A program made the position numbers and the translations under genes. The notes under the pieces were generated by a model. The model was given only the letters and a program-made list of their open reading frames with translations, had not been told where the DNA came from and did no database searches. A DNA stretch of 20,000 bases, taken from the IMG/VR virus record IMGVR_UViG_3300023202_000179; one strand, 5' to 3'. The DNA comes from an uncultured virus (IMG/VR IMGVR_UViG_3300023202_000179). Its lineage: Duplodnaviria > Heunggongvirae > Uroviricota > Caudoviricetes. Numbering within the stretch: the first letter of the stretch is position 1; each line of letters starts with the position of its first letter. Shown in pieces: positions 1 to 7,460 of the stretch.

Positions 1-472
1 CCCTTGTAGCACACAGAGCGTCCGAATCAAAGTAGTTCTCCCAGGGCTCTTTGAGCTTCGTTGCGTTCACCACGCTCAGAGGGAGTTCTACGTCAATGGA
101 ACGAAACCCCTCCTCCAGTCCGTCTTCGTACCGGATGAGGGTGTGCGAGTAGGGGACGTGGTAGAAGAGGAGCCCGTCGTACGTGAAGAACGGACCCTCG
201 TAGGTGGCAATGAACTCCCCCAGAGACGTCTTGTGCCCTCGGTCGCGGCACTGCCGGATCCACCATGTCACCAGGCAAGTGTACGGGTTCCGCACCACTG
301 AGATCACGCGCTCGCCCCGGTAGACGTCCTGGACCTGCGACGTGTTGAAGCGGGCGTGGTGCCCGTAGATGAGCTCTGCCCCCGGCTGGGTGAGAAGAGC
401 GTTGCGGATGGCGTTGGAACCTGTTCTCGGGTGAGCGAGGAACAGGAGTTTCCCCGGGACGATGACAGCCAT
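1..472 (-). CDS. Sulfotransferase-family protein (3' end runs off the window)
   Basis: Not in the ORF track; translated by hand from ATG at 472: MAVIVPGKLLFLAHPRTGSNAIRNAL...SVVRNPYTCL...LIRYEDG..., open to position 1. HPRTGS (5'-PSB), VRNPY (3'-PB) and IRYED match PAPS-binding sulfotransferase motifs. Confidence 0.8.
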   Translation of the reverse strand, partial: MAVIVPGKLLFLAHPRTGSNAIRNALLTQPGAELIYGHHARFNTSQVQDVYRGERVISVVRNPYTCLVTWWIRQCRDRGHKTSLGEFIATYEGPFFTYDGLLFYHVPYSHTLIRYEDGLEEGFRSIDVELPLSVVNATKLKEPWENYFDSDALCATR

Positions 473-473
473 G

Positions 474-707
474 TCAGGCGACTCCAAGATTGACAGGGTC
501 ATGGAGGGTTAGCTTGGCGGCGGTTCGAAGCCGGGCGGACCTCGGCGATGGAGAGAAACCCTCGCAGGGGCCGTCCGCCGTGAACGACGACCCCACGTAC
601 CGCTGCCCCCCGGTGACGACCACCCAAGGACGCTGGTCACGGAACATGCGCTCGGTGCTGACGGAGATGGTCTTTTCGGGTCCTGGTTCGAAGATCATGA
701 AGGACAT
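474..707 (-). CDS. Hypothetical phage protein
   Basis: 77-aa ORF with GAGG upstream; tiles tightly between neighbours on the same strand. Confidence 0.6.
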   Translation of the reverse strand: MSFMIFEPGPEKTISVSTERMFRDQRPWVVVTGGQRYVGSSFTADGPCEGFSPSPRSARLRTAAKLTLHDPVNLGVA

Positions 708-717
708 AGGGGGTGCC

Positions 718-909
718 TCAATATACGGGTTCTATGTGGTCGAGGGCTTGCCATAGAGTGCATACTTCTTCTATGTCTTTGGAGCGCCCTTTGTCCTGCT
801 TGGCGTCCTTGATCTTGGGTTTGTCCTTGAAGACAATTTGACACGCTCCGCACTTCTTTCTCCCCCTCGGACAAGAACGCTCCGGGTTTTTCTTCCGGGA
901 TCGGCTCAC
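718..909 (-). CDS. Small basic Cys-containing hypothetical protein
   Basis: 63 aa; GTG start overlaps the TGA of the upstream ORF (GTGA at 906-909). Confidence 0.5.
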   Translation of the reverse strand: MSRSRKKNPERSCPRGRKKCGACQIVFKDKPKIKDAKQDKGRSKDIEEVCTLWQALDHIEPVY

Positions 910-1067
910 GAAGCTCTCTCCGTCTGAGCCTCGTACGAGTCGATGAGAAGGTTCAGTTCGACCATTTCCCTTTCCAGGGCAGGATTGAACCGGTGTTCGA
1001 GCTCGTTCATGACCTCTTCCACGCGTTCCAGTGCTTCTACGTATTCCATGTGAGTAATGTTCTTCAT
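906..1067 (-). CDS. 53-aa protein resembling the N-terminal (non-HTH) part of HigA-type antitoxins
   Basis: Hand translation: MKNITHMEYVEALERVEEVMNELEHRFNPALEREMVELNLLIDSYEAQTERAS. ATGA-coupled to the peptidase stop. Pattern EY..AL.R.E.(L/V)M....E...L..LI..YE. Confidence 0.55.
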   Translation of the reverse strand: MKNITHMEYVEALERVEEVMNELEHRFNPALEREMVELNLLIDSYEAQTERAS

Positions 1068-1726
1068 ACCGACTTCATCCACTTCCGAGTTGCGGCATAG
1101 GGGGTGAATCTGTCTCGCACCAATGCATCCACGTGAACTCCCGTCATCTGGGGGTAGTTGTAGATGCCCATCCCCATGCGGTACTCCTTTCCGTGTTTCT
1201 TGGCGTAACGTGCGGCGATCTCCGCTAATCGCTTGCGGTCCGAGTAGTTGACCGGGATCAAGTCGAGAGCGGCGTTACGGATGTGCAGGCTCGAAGGAGC
1301 TCCTCCGACCTCGCTGTTGTACCGCTCCGGGCGGAAGGCGTTGTAGATCCGCAAGGGCTCGTCCAACTCCTTCCGAATCGGCTGGGCTGCTGCCAGGATG
1401 GTTCTCACCATCTCGTCCCACAGGTGTTTCGGGGGGATGGCGTGAGTCCCGTAGCGCCGGAGTCTGGTCAGCTCCTCGGCGGAGAACCAGTCCGTATTGA
1501 CCCCCTGGTCGCGGAGGTAGGCGTTGTACTCGCGCAGAAGGTCCGCGATTTGCGGGTCCGAGGCTTTGCCTCGGGCAATCTCCGCAAGACTCGTCCCCTC
1601 GGCGAGGGGGATGACGTTCTCGGGACCTTTAGGCCCAGGGACGAGGTAGACAGTGCGGCGTACAAGGGCGAGTAGAGCTGCTGTAAGGGATCCAATGCTG
1701 ATCATCTGCCAAACCTTCACCCTCAA
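1064..1726 (-). CDS. Peptidase M15 (Zn D-Ala-D-Ala peptidase fold) with N-terminal hydrophobic anchor; possible endolysin or virion lysin
   Basis: IYNAFRPERYNSEVGGAPSSLHIRNAALDL and GMGIY...GVHVD match the M15 R..SxH..A.D / HxD motifs. The N-terminal MISIGSLTAALLALV segment is hydrophobic. The true start may be GTG at 1720. Confidence 0.85.
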   Translation of the reverse strand: MRVKVWQMISIGSLTAALLALVRRTVYLVPGPKGPENVIPLAEGTSLAEIARGKASDPQIADLLREYNAYLRDQGVNTDWFSAEELTRLRRYGTHAIPPKHLWDEMVRTILAAAQPIRKELDEPLRIYNAFRPERYNSEVGGAPSSLHIRNAALDLIPVNYSDRKRLAEIAARYAKKHGKEYRMGMGIYNYPQMTGVHVDALVRDRFTPYAATRKWMKSV

Positions 1727-1741
1727 AGTCTAGCACTTTGA
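1723..1741 (-). promoter_or_regulatory. Putative extended -10 promoter (TGcTAGACT) inside a 7-bp inverted repeat
   Basis: Minus-strand TAGACT at 1727-1732 is preceded by TGn and lies 6 nt before the in-frame GTG at 1720. TCAAAGT-ctagc-ACTTTGA is a palindrome. Confidence 0.4.
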
Positions 1742-1775
1742 TGGTGAGCCGCCCGCCGCGTTATTGGCGCAAATG

Positions 1776-1851
1776 TGGAGCCCTGGGACGGGATCGAACC
1801 GCCGACCTGCGGAGTACAAAACCGCTGCTCTCCCAGCTGAGCTACCAGGGC
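1776..1851 (-). tRNA. tRNA-Thr(UGU), CCA encoded
   Basis: Reverse complement GCCCTGG TA GCTC AGCTGGGA GAGC A GCGGT TTTGTAC TCCGC AGGTC GGCGG TTCGATC CCGTC CCAGGGC T CCA folds into a 76-nt cloverleaf with anticodon TGT (one U-U mismatch in the anticodon stem). Confidence 0.95.
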
Positions 1852-2057
1852 GGGGCTACTTTGAAAGGCTTACAGCCGTCCTTCCTGTCCCGTTCCTCTG
1901 CAGAGCCCTCGTCCTTGATGGCTTCGACGACCTCGGGGGCGATGGGGAACGCCCAACAGTTCGGCATCTTGCATCGAAGGTTGCCAATGTCGAACTCCCC
2001 CCAGTTCTCATGGAGTCCATGCACTGGGCACCAGCGTTTCTTCCGACCATCATCCAT
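1842..2057 (-). CDS. Small Cys/His-rich hypothetical protein
   Basis: 71 aa with CPVH and CxxxxC. Overlaps the upstream stop, and its own stop lies in the tRNA 5' end. Confidence 0.55.
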   Translation of the reverse strand: MDDGRKKRWCPVHGLHENWGEFDIGNLRCKMPNCWAFPIAPEVVEAIKDEGSAEERDRKDGCKPFKVAPPW

Positions 2058-2499
2058 TGGTCAGCGACTCCAGTGCCTCGAACATCGAGATCCCGTGGCG
2101 GAGCACGCCCGCGCGCCACAGCGACGATTCCAGGTCTTCGAGCCCGTGCGAGACCCAATCCTCACGGAGTTGGAAGGTTTCGTGGATCCGGTCGATCTCG
2201 TCTTCGCCCGATAGGTCTTCGGTGTACGTCCGGACGGCCTCGACGATCTCCTCGATCCCGTCCGGCTGCGCAGCGAACTTCCGGAGTTGATCGATAGCTT
2301 CGCACAAGACGCCAGCGTGATCATCGTCTTCGGCGACGTCACCCTTGAGCGAACGCCGGAACTCCGCCCAGTACGAGTCTGGGATGATGTCATCCTCCTT
2401 GCCGGAAACGCGGTTGGCGAGCTCCTGTTCTAGCGCAGTGATTCGGGCGGAGGCGTCAGCGAGCTCCTGTTCAAGTTGGGCTTGGGTCTTGCGGCTCAT
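2050..2499 (-). CDS. Hypothetical acidic protein with N-terminal coiled coil
   Basis: 149 aa; heptad pattern QLEQELADASARITALEQEL. Confidence 0.7.
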   Translation of the reverse strand: MSRKTQAQLEQELADASARITALEQELANRVSGKEDDIIPDSYWAEFRRSLKGDVAEDDDHAGVLCEAIDQLRKFAAQPDGIEEIVEAVRTYTEDLSGEDEIDRIHETFQLREDWVSHGLEDLESSLWRAGVLRHGISMFEALESLTNG

Positions 2500-2505
2500 T
2501 CTTAC

Positions 2506-2841
2506 TCATCTTCCCATCGCTTTGTCTGCGATCTTTTTCATTGCGAGCCCGCCCCAGGCGAGAGACGCCTGCAACGCTTTGCTGTCTTCGAGTTTTTCCT
2601 TCGCCCGCATTGCGGGGGCAATGTACCCCCAGTGCCGGGCGAACCAGGCGGAGATCTCCTTGGCAGGTTGGAGCTCACCTGCAGCGATGCTTTTGGCTCT
2701 GGCAACGCCGGTGGACGTCGCTCCGCGCTTGGACTTGGGGATCGTCGGACGGGTCTTGAGGAACCTCCTGGCGTTCGCCCGGGACTCTTTGTTAGGCACG
2801 ACCCAGGTCTCGTCGTCGTAGCGGTGCGGTCCTTGTTTCAT
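2506..2841 (-). CDS. Conserved basic phage protein (G.T..G.ARA / FARH / AWGG family, often fused to head-morphogenesis or ChaB-like proteins)
   Basis: Motifs RGATSTGVARAKSIAAGE, WFARH and LAWGG; family recognised from memory. Confidence 0.6.
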   Translation of the reverse strand: MKQGPHRYDDETWVVPNKESRANARRFLKTRPTIPKSKRGATSTGVARAKSIAAGELQPAKEISAWFARHWGYIAPAMRAKEKLEDSKALQASLAWGGLAMKKIADKAMGR

Positions 2842-3350
2842 AGCTCTTCTTTGGGTACCACACGGAGGCGGGTCTTGGTGAAGCTCCGTTTGCTTTTGAT
2901 CTCAGGGATGTACACGTCGACTCGGCGATCGTACCTGGTAGGAGTCCCTGTCACTACACCCCTAGCGATGACGTCTTTGAAGGAGACGTCTTCAAGGATG
3001 TCGACGACGGTCTTTTTTCGGAAAGTATTGTCGAGTCTGGGTAACAGAGGTTTCACAGGTTCTTCTTCCTTTTGTTCGGTGAACCGCTTGTTGCAGAAAT
3101 CCCAGTGACGGTGCAAGAGAAGAGCGAGATCCTGTGCCAGAGCCGTCCTCAGACCTCGCGCCCAAAGGAAGTGGTGGGCTTCAGCTCCATGCCCGCGCCA
3201 ACCAGGAAATTTGGAGCGACGGATCAAGTACATGAGAGGCTGTACGTGATCAAGAGGAATGCGGTGAAGTTTGGCAAAGGAATGGGCTTCCTCAGCAATC
3301 CCCGTCCATTCTCCCGCATCGTGAGAGGCATTCTCTGGCTCGTTGCTCAT
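2838..3350 (-). CDS. Hypothetical protein
   Basis: 170 aa; AAGGA upstream; ATGA overlap with the next gene. Confidence 0.65.
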   Translation of the reverse strand: MSNEPENASHDAGEWTGIAEEAHSFAKLHRIPLDHVQPLMYLIRRSKFPGWRGHGAEAHHFLWARGLRTALAQDLALLLHRHWDFCNKRFTEQKEEEPVKPLLPRLDNTFRKKTVVDILEDVSFKDVIARGVVTGTPTRYDRRVDVYIPEIKSKRSFTKTRLRVVPKEEL

Positions 3351-3370
3351 AGGTTCTTATCCTTGAACGC

Positions 3371-3616
3371 TCACTGGTGATTTTCCTTCAGACATTCTTC
3401 CACATCCTCAAGCATCTTGATAAGGACTTTGACGGAGTACCCCTCTCCGTCTGTCTCTTCCAGGTGGCAGATGGCTTCGTTGAGGGCAAAAAACCGTCCA
3501 CGATCAAAGTCAGATTTGGATTTCTTTTCTCTCACGGACAACCATTTGGCGAGCGGGCTCGAAAAAAGTTCAGCGAGTTTGGTGCGCCATTCTCTTGCGC
3601 GTTGCAGCTCGTTCAT
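3371..3616 (-). CDS. Hypothetical protein
   Basis: 81 aa; ATGA-coupled to the upstream gene. Confidence 0.65.
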   Translation of the reverse strand: MNELQRAREWRTKLAELFSSPLAKWLSVREKKSKSDFDRGRFFALNEAICHLEETDGEGYSVKVLIKMLEDVEECLKENHQ

Positions 3617-3978
3617 AGCCCCAGATACCTCCGTTCTTCCGACTCCCCTCCGAGGGAGTACTCGTCTTCGAGATCGTCTCCGAAGACGTCAAAAAGGTCG
3701 TCTTGCTCGTGCCCTTCAAGGAGCTCTCGAAGTTGCTCCGCGATCTCATCATAGGCATACACCCTTTCAATGGTATCTGCCAGCGCTGAGAACAGGAGAT
3801 TCAACTCAGCGTAGGTTGGAGGGAACAGACGGCGGAGCGAGAGACGGAACAGGCAGTCGTGCACGAGGAGGCACATCTCGGGTTGGCTCTCTCGGTGTTT
3901 GAGGTGGAACAACTTGACCCTCCGCATCAACTCCTCGCTGTCCTGTGGAGGCAGGAGCCTAGGCTTCATGCGACTCAT
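3613..3978 (-). CDS. Hypothetical protein with acidic C-terminus
   Basis: C-terminal 121 aa of the 3613-4308 ORF. ATG at 3978 (MSRMKPRLL...) forms an ATGA overlap with the stop of 3975-4355. Confidence 0.6.
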   Translation of the reverse strand: MSRMKPRLLPPQDSEELMRRVKLFHLKHRESQPEMCLLVHDCLFRLSLRRLFPPTYAELNLLFSALADTIERVYAYDEIAEQLRELLEGHEQDDLFDVFGDDLEDEYSLGGESEERRYLGL

Positions 3979-4355
3979 TTCACAGCTCCGTGGAGGGTCA
4001 GCGCTGTTGCGAACATCCTCCGCAAGGTCTTGACGTTGCTCGGGTGCCCAGCCACGACGCGACGTCCGCGTTCGAATCCTTCTGTAAGTTTGCTTAGGAT
4101 TTCCGAGAAGTGGAACGGCTTCAACAGAGAGCTCCATTTCCGCGGGACCAAGATTCGCTGAGGAGCGTCTCCGTGGATGCGGTTCAACAGCACATTCATG
4201 CCCGTGTCCCATCGCCATTCGTCGCGTGGGGAGCAAATGGACAGTGCGATGCCGATGGTCTCGGGGTAGACTTTGAGTCCAACGATCCCGCAGTGGACAG
4301 GCCACCACGCGTCTTTGGGGTCAATCAAGAGGAAGGTGAATAGTTCGGGGTTCAT
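3975..4355 (-). CDS. Hypothetical protein
   Basis: 126 aa; ATGA overlaps at both ends. Confidence 0.6.
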   Translation of the reverse strand: MNPELFTFLLIDPKDAWWPVHCGIVGLKVYPETIGIALSICSPRDEWRWDTGMNVLLNRIHGDAPQRILVPRKWSSLLKPFHFSEILSKLTEGFERGRRVVAGHPSNVKTLRRMFATALTLHGAVK

Positions 4356-4564
4356 CGTCTTGTACTTCTTTCTAGGGCCGAGATGATTTCCGCGCGGTCT
4401 GTGAGAGGTGGAAAGGACCGTCCGCTAATCCAGTTCTGGACGTCTTCCAGGGAGATCTCTTTGTCGACTTCCCGGGCCCGGGTGGAGACCATTCGAGCGG
4501 ACATGTGAGGACGGTGCATGCTGATGATTTGGAGAAGGAAGAGCCGGAATGTGGTTGTGCTCAT
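4352..4564 (-). CDS. Putative Cro/XRE-like helix-turn-helix protein
   Basis: ISLEDVQNWISGRSFPPLTDRAEIISAL resembles the XRE recognition helix with the W..G...P motif. Confidence 0.5.
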   Translation of the reverse strand: MSTTTFRLFLLQIISMHRPHMSARMVSTRAREVDKEISLEDVQNWISGRSFPPLTDRAEIISALERSTRR

Positions 4565-4848
4565 AGGAGGAGTTGCTGGTGCGGGTGGTCGTTTCGGGGG
4601 AGCATGGCGACGACCTTGCGTGACCGCATCGTCGTCCCAGTTTTTCTGAGCGTTATCCTGGCACAGGCTCCGAGCTCCACGTACAGATCCGTGTACTCGT
4701 GCCAGGGAGGTTCTTTCTTTGCCTTATTCGGTTTCAGCCTGCGGAAGAGTACGTTGTCTAGGTCGACTTCGAACTGAGCCCCTGAAGCTGTGATGAAGGT
4801 GCAGAATCTGATTCTAGTTTCAACGTTAGTCGTTGGCTGAGAGGACAT
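4561..4848 (-). CDS. Hypothetical protein
   Basis: 95 aa; overlaps neighbours in operon fashion. Confidence 0.6.
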   Translation of the reverse strand: MSSQPTTNVETRIRFCTFITASGAQFEVDLDNVLFRRLKPNKAKKEPPWHEYTDLYVELGACARITLRKTGTTMRSRKVVAMLPRNDHPHQQLLL

Positions 4849-5008
4849 CGGACACCAGTTCTAGTGCTTCTTCATGTTCTTGAAGTTGTTTCTTGATAGG
4901 GCGCAGACTTCGTTCCAGTAGTGCCTCGAAGTTCAGGATCTCTGACTTCATGGTCCGAATCTTCCGCTGGATCTCTATCAAGACATTCTCTACTTGCTTC
5001 GGGTTCAT
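4826..5008 (-). CDS. Small coiled-coil hypothetical protein
   Basis: 60 aa; AAGG upstream. Confidence 0.6.
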   Translation of the reverse strand: MNPKQVENVLIEIQRKIRTMKSEILNFEALLERSLRPIKKQLQEHEEALELVSDVLSAND

Positions 5009-5026
5009 GTCAGTTTTTGCCTTCTT

Positions 5027-5344
5027 TCACCTCAGCGGACGGAGACAGACCGTACATCGACCTGCACCGACTTCAAGAGGGACAAGGACATGGCACCGAG
5101 GACAGGGACGGCTTTGTTGTGGACGAAGCGATGTATTTTGGATCGGACGCCACTGTATCGACTCTGCGACAAGCCCTAGGACGGGGACGCAGCCATAGCC
5201 TCCGCACGAATCGCATTGCTCCGGCGGGTATCCTTGGGGCTGCTCCCAGTCCCCGGGAGAGCCGCCGTCGTGCCCGAGACCTCGGCACTCCCGGCACCGG
5301 ACGTGGTCTGGGAGCACGGGGAGCGGCGTGTGCCAAGGGTTCAC
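5027..5344 (-). CDS. Zinc-finger protein with DnaJ-type CxxCxGxG motifs
   Basis: GTG at 5344 (GTGA overlap) is in the frame of the 5027-5623 ORF. Motifs CRECRGLG, CDSCGGYG, CPRC and CTVC. Confidence 0.6.
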   Translation of the reverse strand: MNPWHTPLPVLPDHVRCRECRGLGHDGGSPGDWEQPQGYPPEQCDSCGGYGCVPVLGLVAESIQWRPIQNTSLRPQQSRPCPRCHVLVPLEVGAGRCTVCLRPLR

Positions 5345-5592
5345 GACCGCCTCCACAGATACACGTTGGGCAGTACTTGGATGCGCTTGCCGACAGCCGG
5401 GCACTCGTCGATGACTACAGGGTGTGAGCAGCAGTAACTCATGAAGGTTGCGGCATCCTCCGCGGCTTTGTCGGGAGACTTCTTGATGTCGACACCGTTG
5501 GCGAGGAGCTTCCCTGCGCGCCCGAGCGCTTGCCACTTCCATCCAGGTCCGACTTTCAGGATTTTGATTGTTCCGGTGTCCCCGATCCTCAT
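5341..5592 (-). CDS. Hypothetical protein
   Basis: 83 aa; ATGA and GTGA coupling. Confidence 0.6.
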   Translation of the reverse strand: MRIGDTGTIKILKVGPGWKWQALGRAGKLLANGVDIKKSPDKAAEDAATFMSYCCSHPVVIDECPAVGKRIQVLPNVYLWRRS

Positions 5593-5870
5593 TCGCCCTC
5601 ACTCTCTTCGAGATCCCATTCATCGATCTCGTCGTCGCCTTCGTCGAGGGGAGGAAGGCTGAGCAGATCGACTGCCTTGTTGAAGTGACTCAAAGCGGTC
5701 TCGATGGACGCTTGAGCCTGAAGTACGTGCATTGCTGCGAAGTTGACATCCTCCACAGGGTAGGCGTTCAAGAGAGTTGAACGCGTTTTGTCAGAGACAG
5801 GTCCGGGGAGCATTTGATCGAGCTCCCCGAGCAGGTCGTTGATGTGGTCGATGATGTGGTTTGCGTCCAT
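5589..5870 (-). CDS. Hypothetical acidic protein
   Basis: 93 aa; AAGG upstream; ATGA overlap. Confidence 0.65.
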   Translation of the reverse strand: MDANHIIDHINDLLGELDQMLPGPVSDKTRSTLLNAYPVEDVNFAAMHVLQAQASIETALSHFNKAVDLLSLPPLDEGDDEIDEWDLEESEGE

Positions 5871-5882
5871 TTGGGTGCCTTA

Positions 5883-6263
5883 CTATGTTTCTTTGGGAGG
5901 GTCAACTTGTTGCCCGAAATCTGTGGGGAGAGGTTCGCCGGGAAGCCAGAACGCTAGAGCTGCGACCTCCGCGGGAGGCGGCTCCCCGGAAGCATCCTCC
6001 CACGTCTCGCCGCAATTCAACTCCAGCTCGACAACATCGGCGAATCCCGAGGCGTGCAGGGCTTTCACCATGGCCCAGCACCGGGCGCAGTGCTTTATAC
6101 TCGCCCATCTCCCGTCGAGTACGGAGCTCCAAATATGGTAGTGGTGCCCTTTGGGGATCGTCTCTAGGCACGCACCGCATTTGTGCTCCTTAGCAGCGGC
6201 CCTCCACATACCCATTCCGAACCCTTGCCCATCCTCAGCGTCGATATCGCACATGTCGTTCAC
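5883..6263 (-). CDS. Phage zinc-finger hypothetical protein
   Basis: AAKEHKCGACLETIPKGHHY...KHCARC pattern (two CxxC), common in phage proteins. Confidence 0.7.
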   Translation of the reverse strand: MNDMCDIDAEDGQGFGMGMWRAAAKEHKCGACLETIPKGHHYHIWSSVLDGRWASIKHCARCWAMVKALHASGFADVVELELNCGETWEDASGEPPPAEVAALAFWLPGEPLPTDFGQQVDPPKET

Positions 6264-6445
6264 ATTCCTTGTTCTTCTTTGTTTGCATCTTCTACCAACT
6301 CCATGTAGTAGAGCGCGAGCTCAGCCATGTCTTTCGCGATCTTGCGCCAAACGACTGCGGGATAGAACTTCTTGGTCGTGACGACGCCGAGCGCACGTTC
6401 ACGTTCAAGAGCGAGATTGCCGAGGTTTTTTGGGTATTTGTTCAT
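6260..6445 (-). CDS. Hypothetical protein
   Basis: 61 aa; AAGGAG ribosome-binding site upstream. Confidence 0.65.
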   Translation of the reverse strand: MNKYPKNLGNLALERERALGVVTTKKFYPAVVWRKIAKDMAELALYYMELVEDANKEEQGM

Positions 6446-6467
6446 CGTGTCTGCTCCTTACACCAGT

Positions 6468-7214
6468 CTAGTCTCTCGGGGTGAGACGATCGGCGACGCA
6501 CCACAGAGCCATCTCCGGGGACATCTCCGCACACAAGTCGAGTCTCTCCGGGGTGAGATGATCAGCGGCGCGCCGCAGAGCCACCCACGGGAGCCTCTCC
6601 GCACACCGATCGAGTCTCTCCGGGGTGAGATGATCGGAGGCGTACTGCAGAGCCGCCCACGGGAACCTCTCCGCACACCAATCGAGTCTCTCCGGGGTGA
6701 GACGATCGGGGGCGTACTGCAGAGCCACCCACGGGAACCTCTCCGCACACCGATCGAGTCTCTCCGGGGTGAGACGATCGGCAGCGAACCTCAGCGCCGC
6801 CCACGGGATCCTCTCCGCACACCGATCGAGTCTCTCCGGGGTGAGACGATCAGCGGCGCGCCGCAGCGCCGCCCCCGGCTGCTTCTGCGCACACCAGTCA
6901 AGTCTCTCCGGGGTGAGACGATCGGCGACGCACTGCAGAGCGACCCCCGGCTCCTTCTGCGCACACCAGTCAAGTCTCTCCGGGGTGAGACGATCGACTA
7001 CGTGCTTCAGCGCCGCCCACGGGAGCCTCTCCGCACACCAATCGAGTCTCTCCGGGGTGAGGTGGTCGGTGGCGTGCTCCAGAGGCCAGTCGGCGTACTC
7101 CTCGATCACCTCTTCCCACGTCCGGGGAGCTTCTTCCAGCCATTCGAGAGCGTCTTCGCAGGCTCCCCTCTTCCGAGCGGTTTCGATCTCTTCGGGTGTG
7201 ATGTAGTCGTTCAT
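6468..7214 (-). CDS. Tandem 24-aa repeat protein, paralog A (248 aa, 8 full repeats)
   Basis: ATG at 7214 follows AAAGGAGG. A 51-aa N-terminal domain (MNDYITPEEIETARKRGACEDALEWL...) is followed by LTPERLD(W/R)CAxxxPxxALxxxxD(R/H) units. Confidence 0.85.
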   Translation of the reverse strand: MNDYITPEEIETARKRGACEDALEWLEEAPRTWEEVIEEYADWPLEHATDHLTPERLDWCAERLPWAALKHVVDRLTPERLDWCAQKEPGVALQCVADRLTPERLDWCAQKQPGAALRRAADRLTPERLDRCAERIPWAALRFAADRLTPERLDRCAERFPWVALQYAPDRLTPERLDWCAERFPWAALQYASDHLTPERLDRCAERLPWVALRRAADHLTPERLDLCAEMSPEMALWCVADRLTPRD

Positions 7215-7460
7215 CTGTCCTCCTTTATACGAGCTCACGTCGATCTGGTTGCTGTCTTCCATGCCCCAATAAACGCATCTTCGGTGCGTGTATTCAACCA
7301 AAAAGCCACCAGCTGGCAAGAAAACACGTAACTAGTTGAAATCATTGGATTTTTACCTAAATCGACCTACATCTCAGTGCTGGACGTCTACATAAGGCTC
7401 ATTTAGTAGACTTTCCCTCTTGACCTCGACCGAGGGCTGTGCCAGGGTGCGGAGGTCCCA
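7215..7460. promoter_or_regulatory. Divergent control region with candidate promoters and an IHF-like site
   Basis: AT-richer non-coding gap at the strand switch. Rightward TTGACC(7420-7425)-17 nt-CAGGGT. Leftward TTGCCA(7314-7319)-16 nt-TTGAAT. TAACTAGTTGAAA (7329-7341) is one mismatch from the IHF consensus YAANNNNTTGATW. GTCTAC-N14-GTAGAC at 7386-7411. Confidence 0.5.

Noticed and set aside
1742..1775. Second tRNA 3' end (CGGCTCACCA on the minus strand) or att-site duplication
   Set aside because: Only 34 nt are available, there is no T-arm, and it does not duplicate the tRNA-Thr 3' end.
2904..2915. VYIP codons here (and in the 18940-19359 gene) as a self-target of array 3
   Set aside because: Only the last 4 of 12 dinucleotides match, which is compatible with chance.
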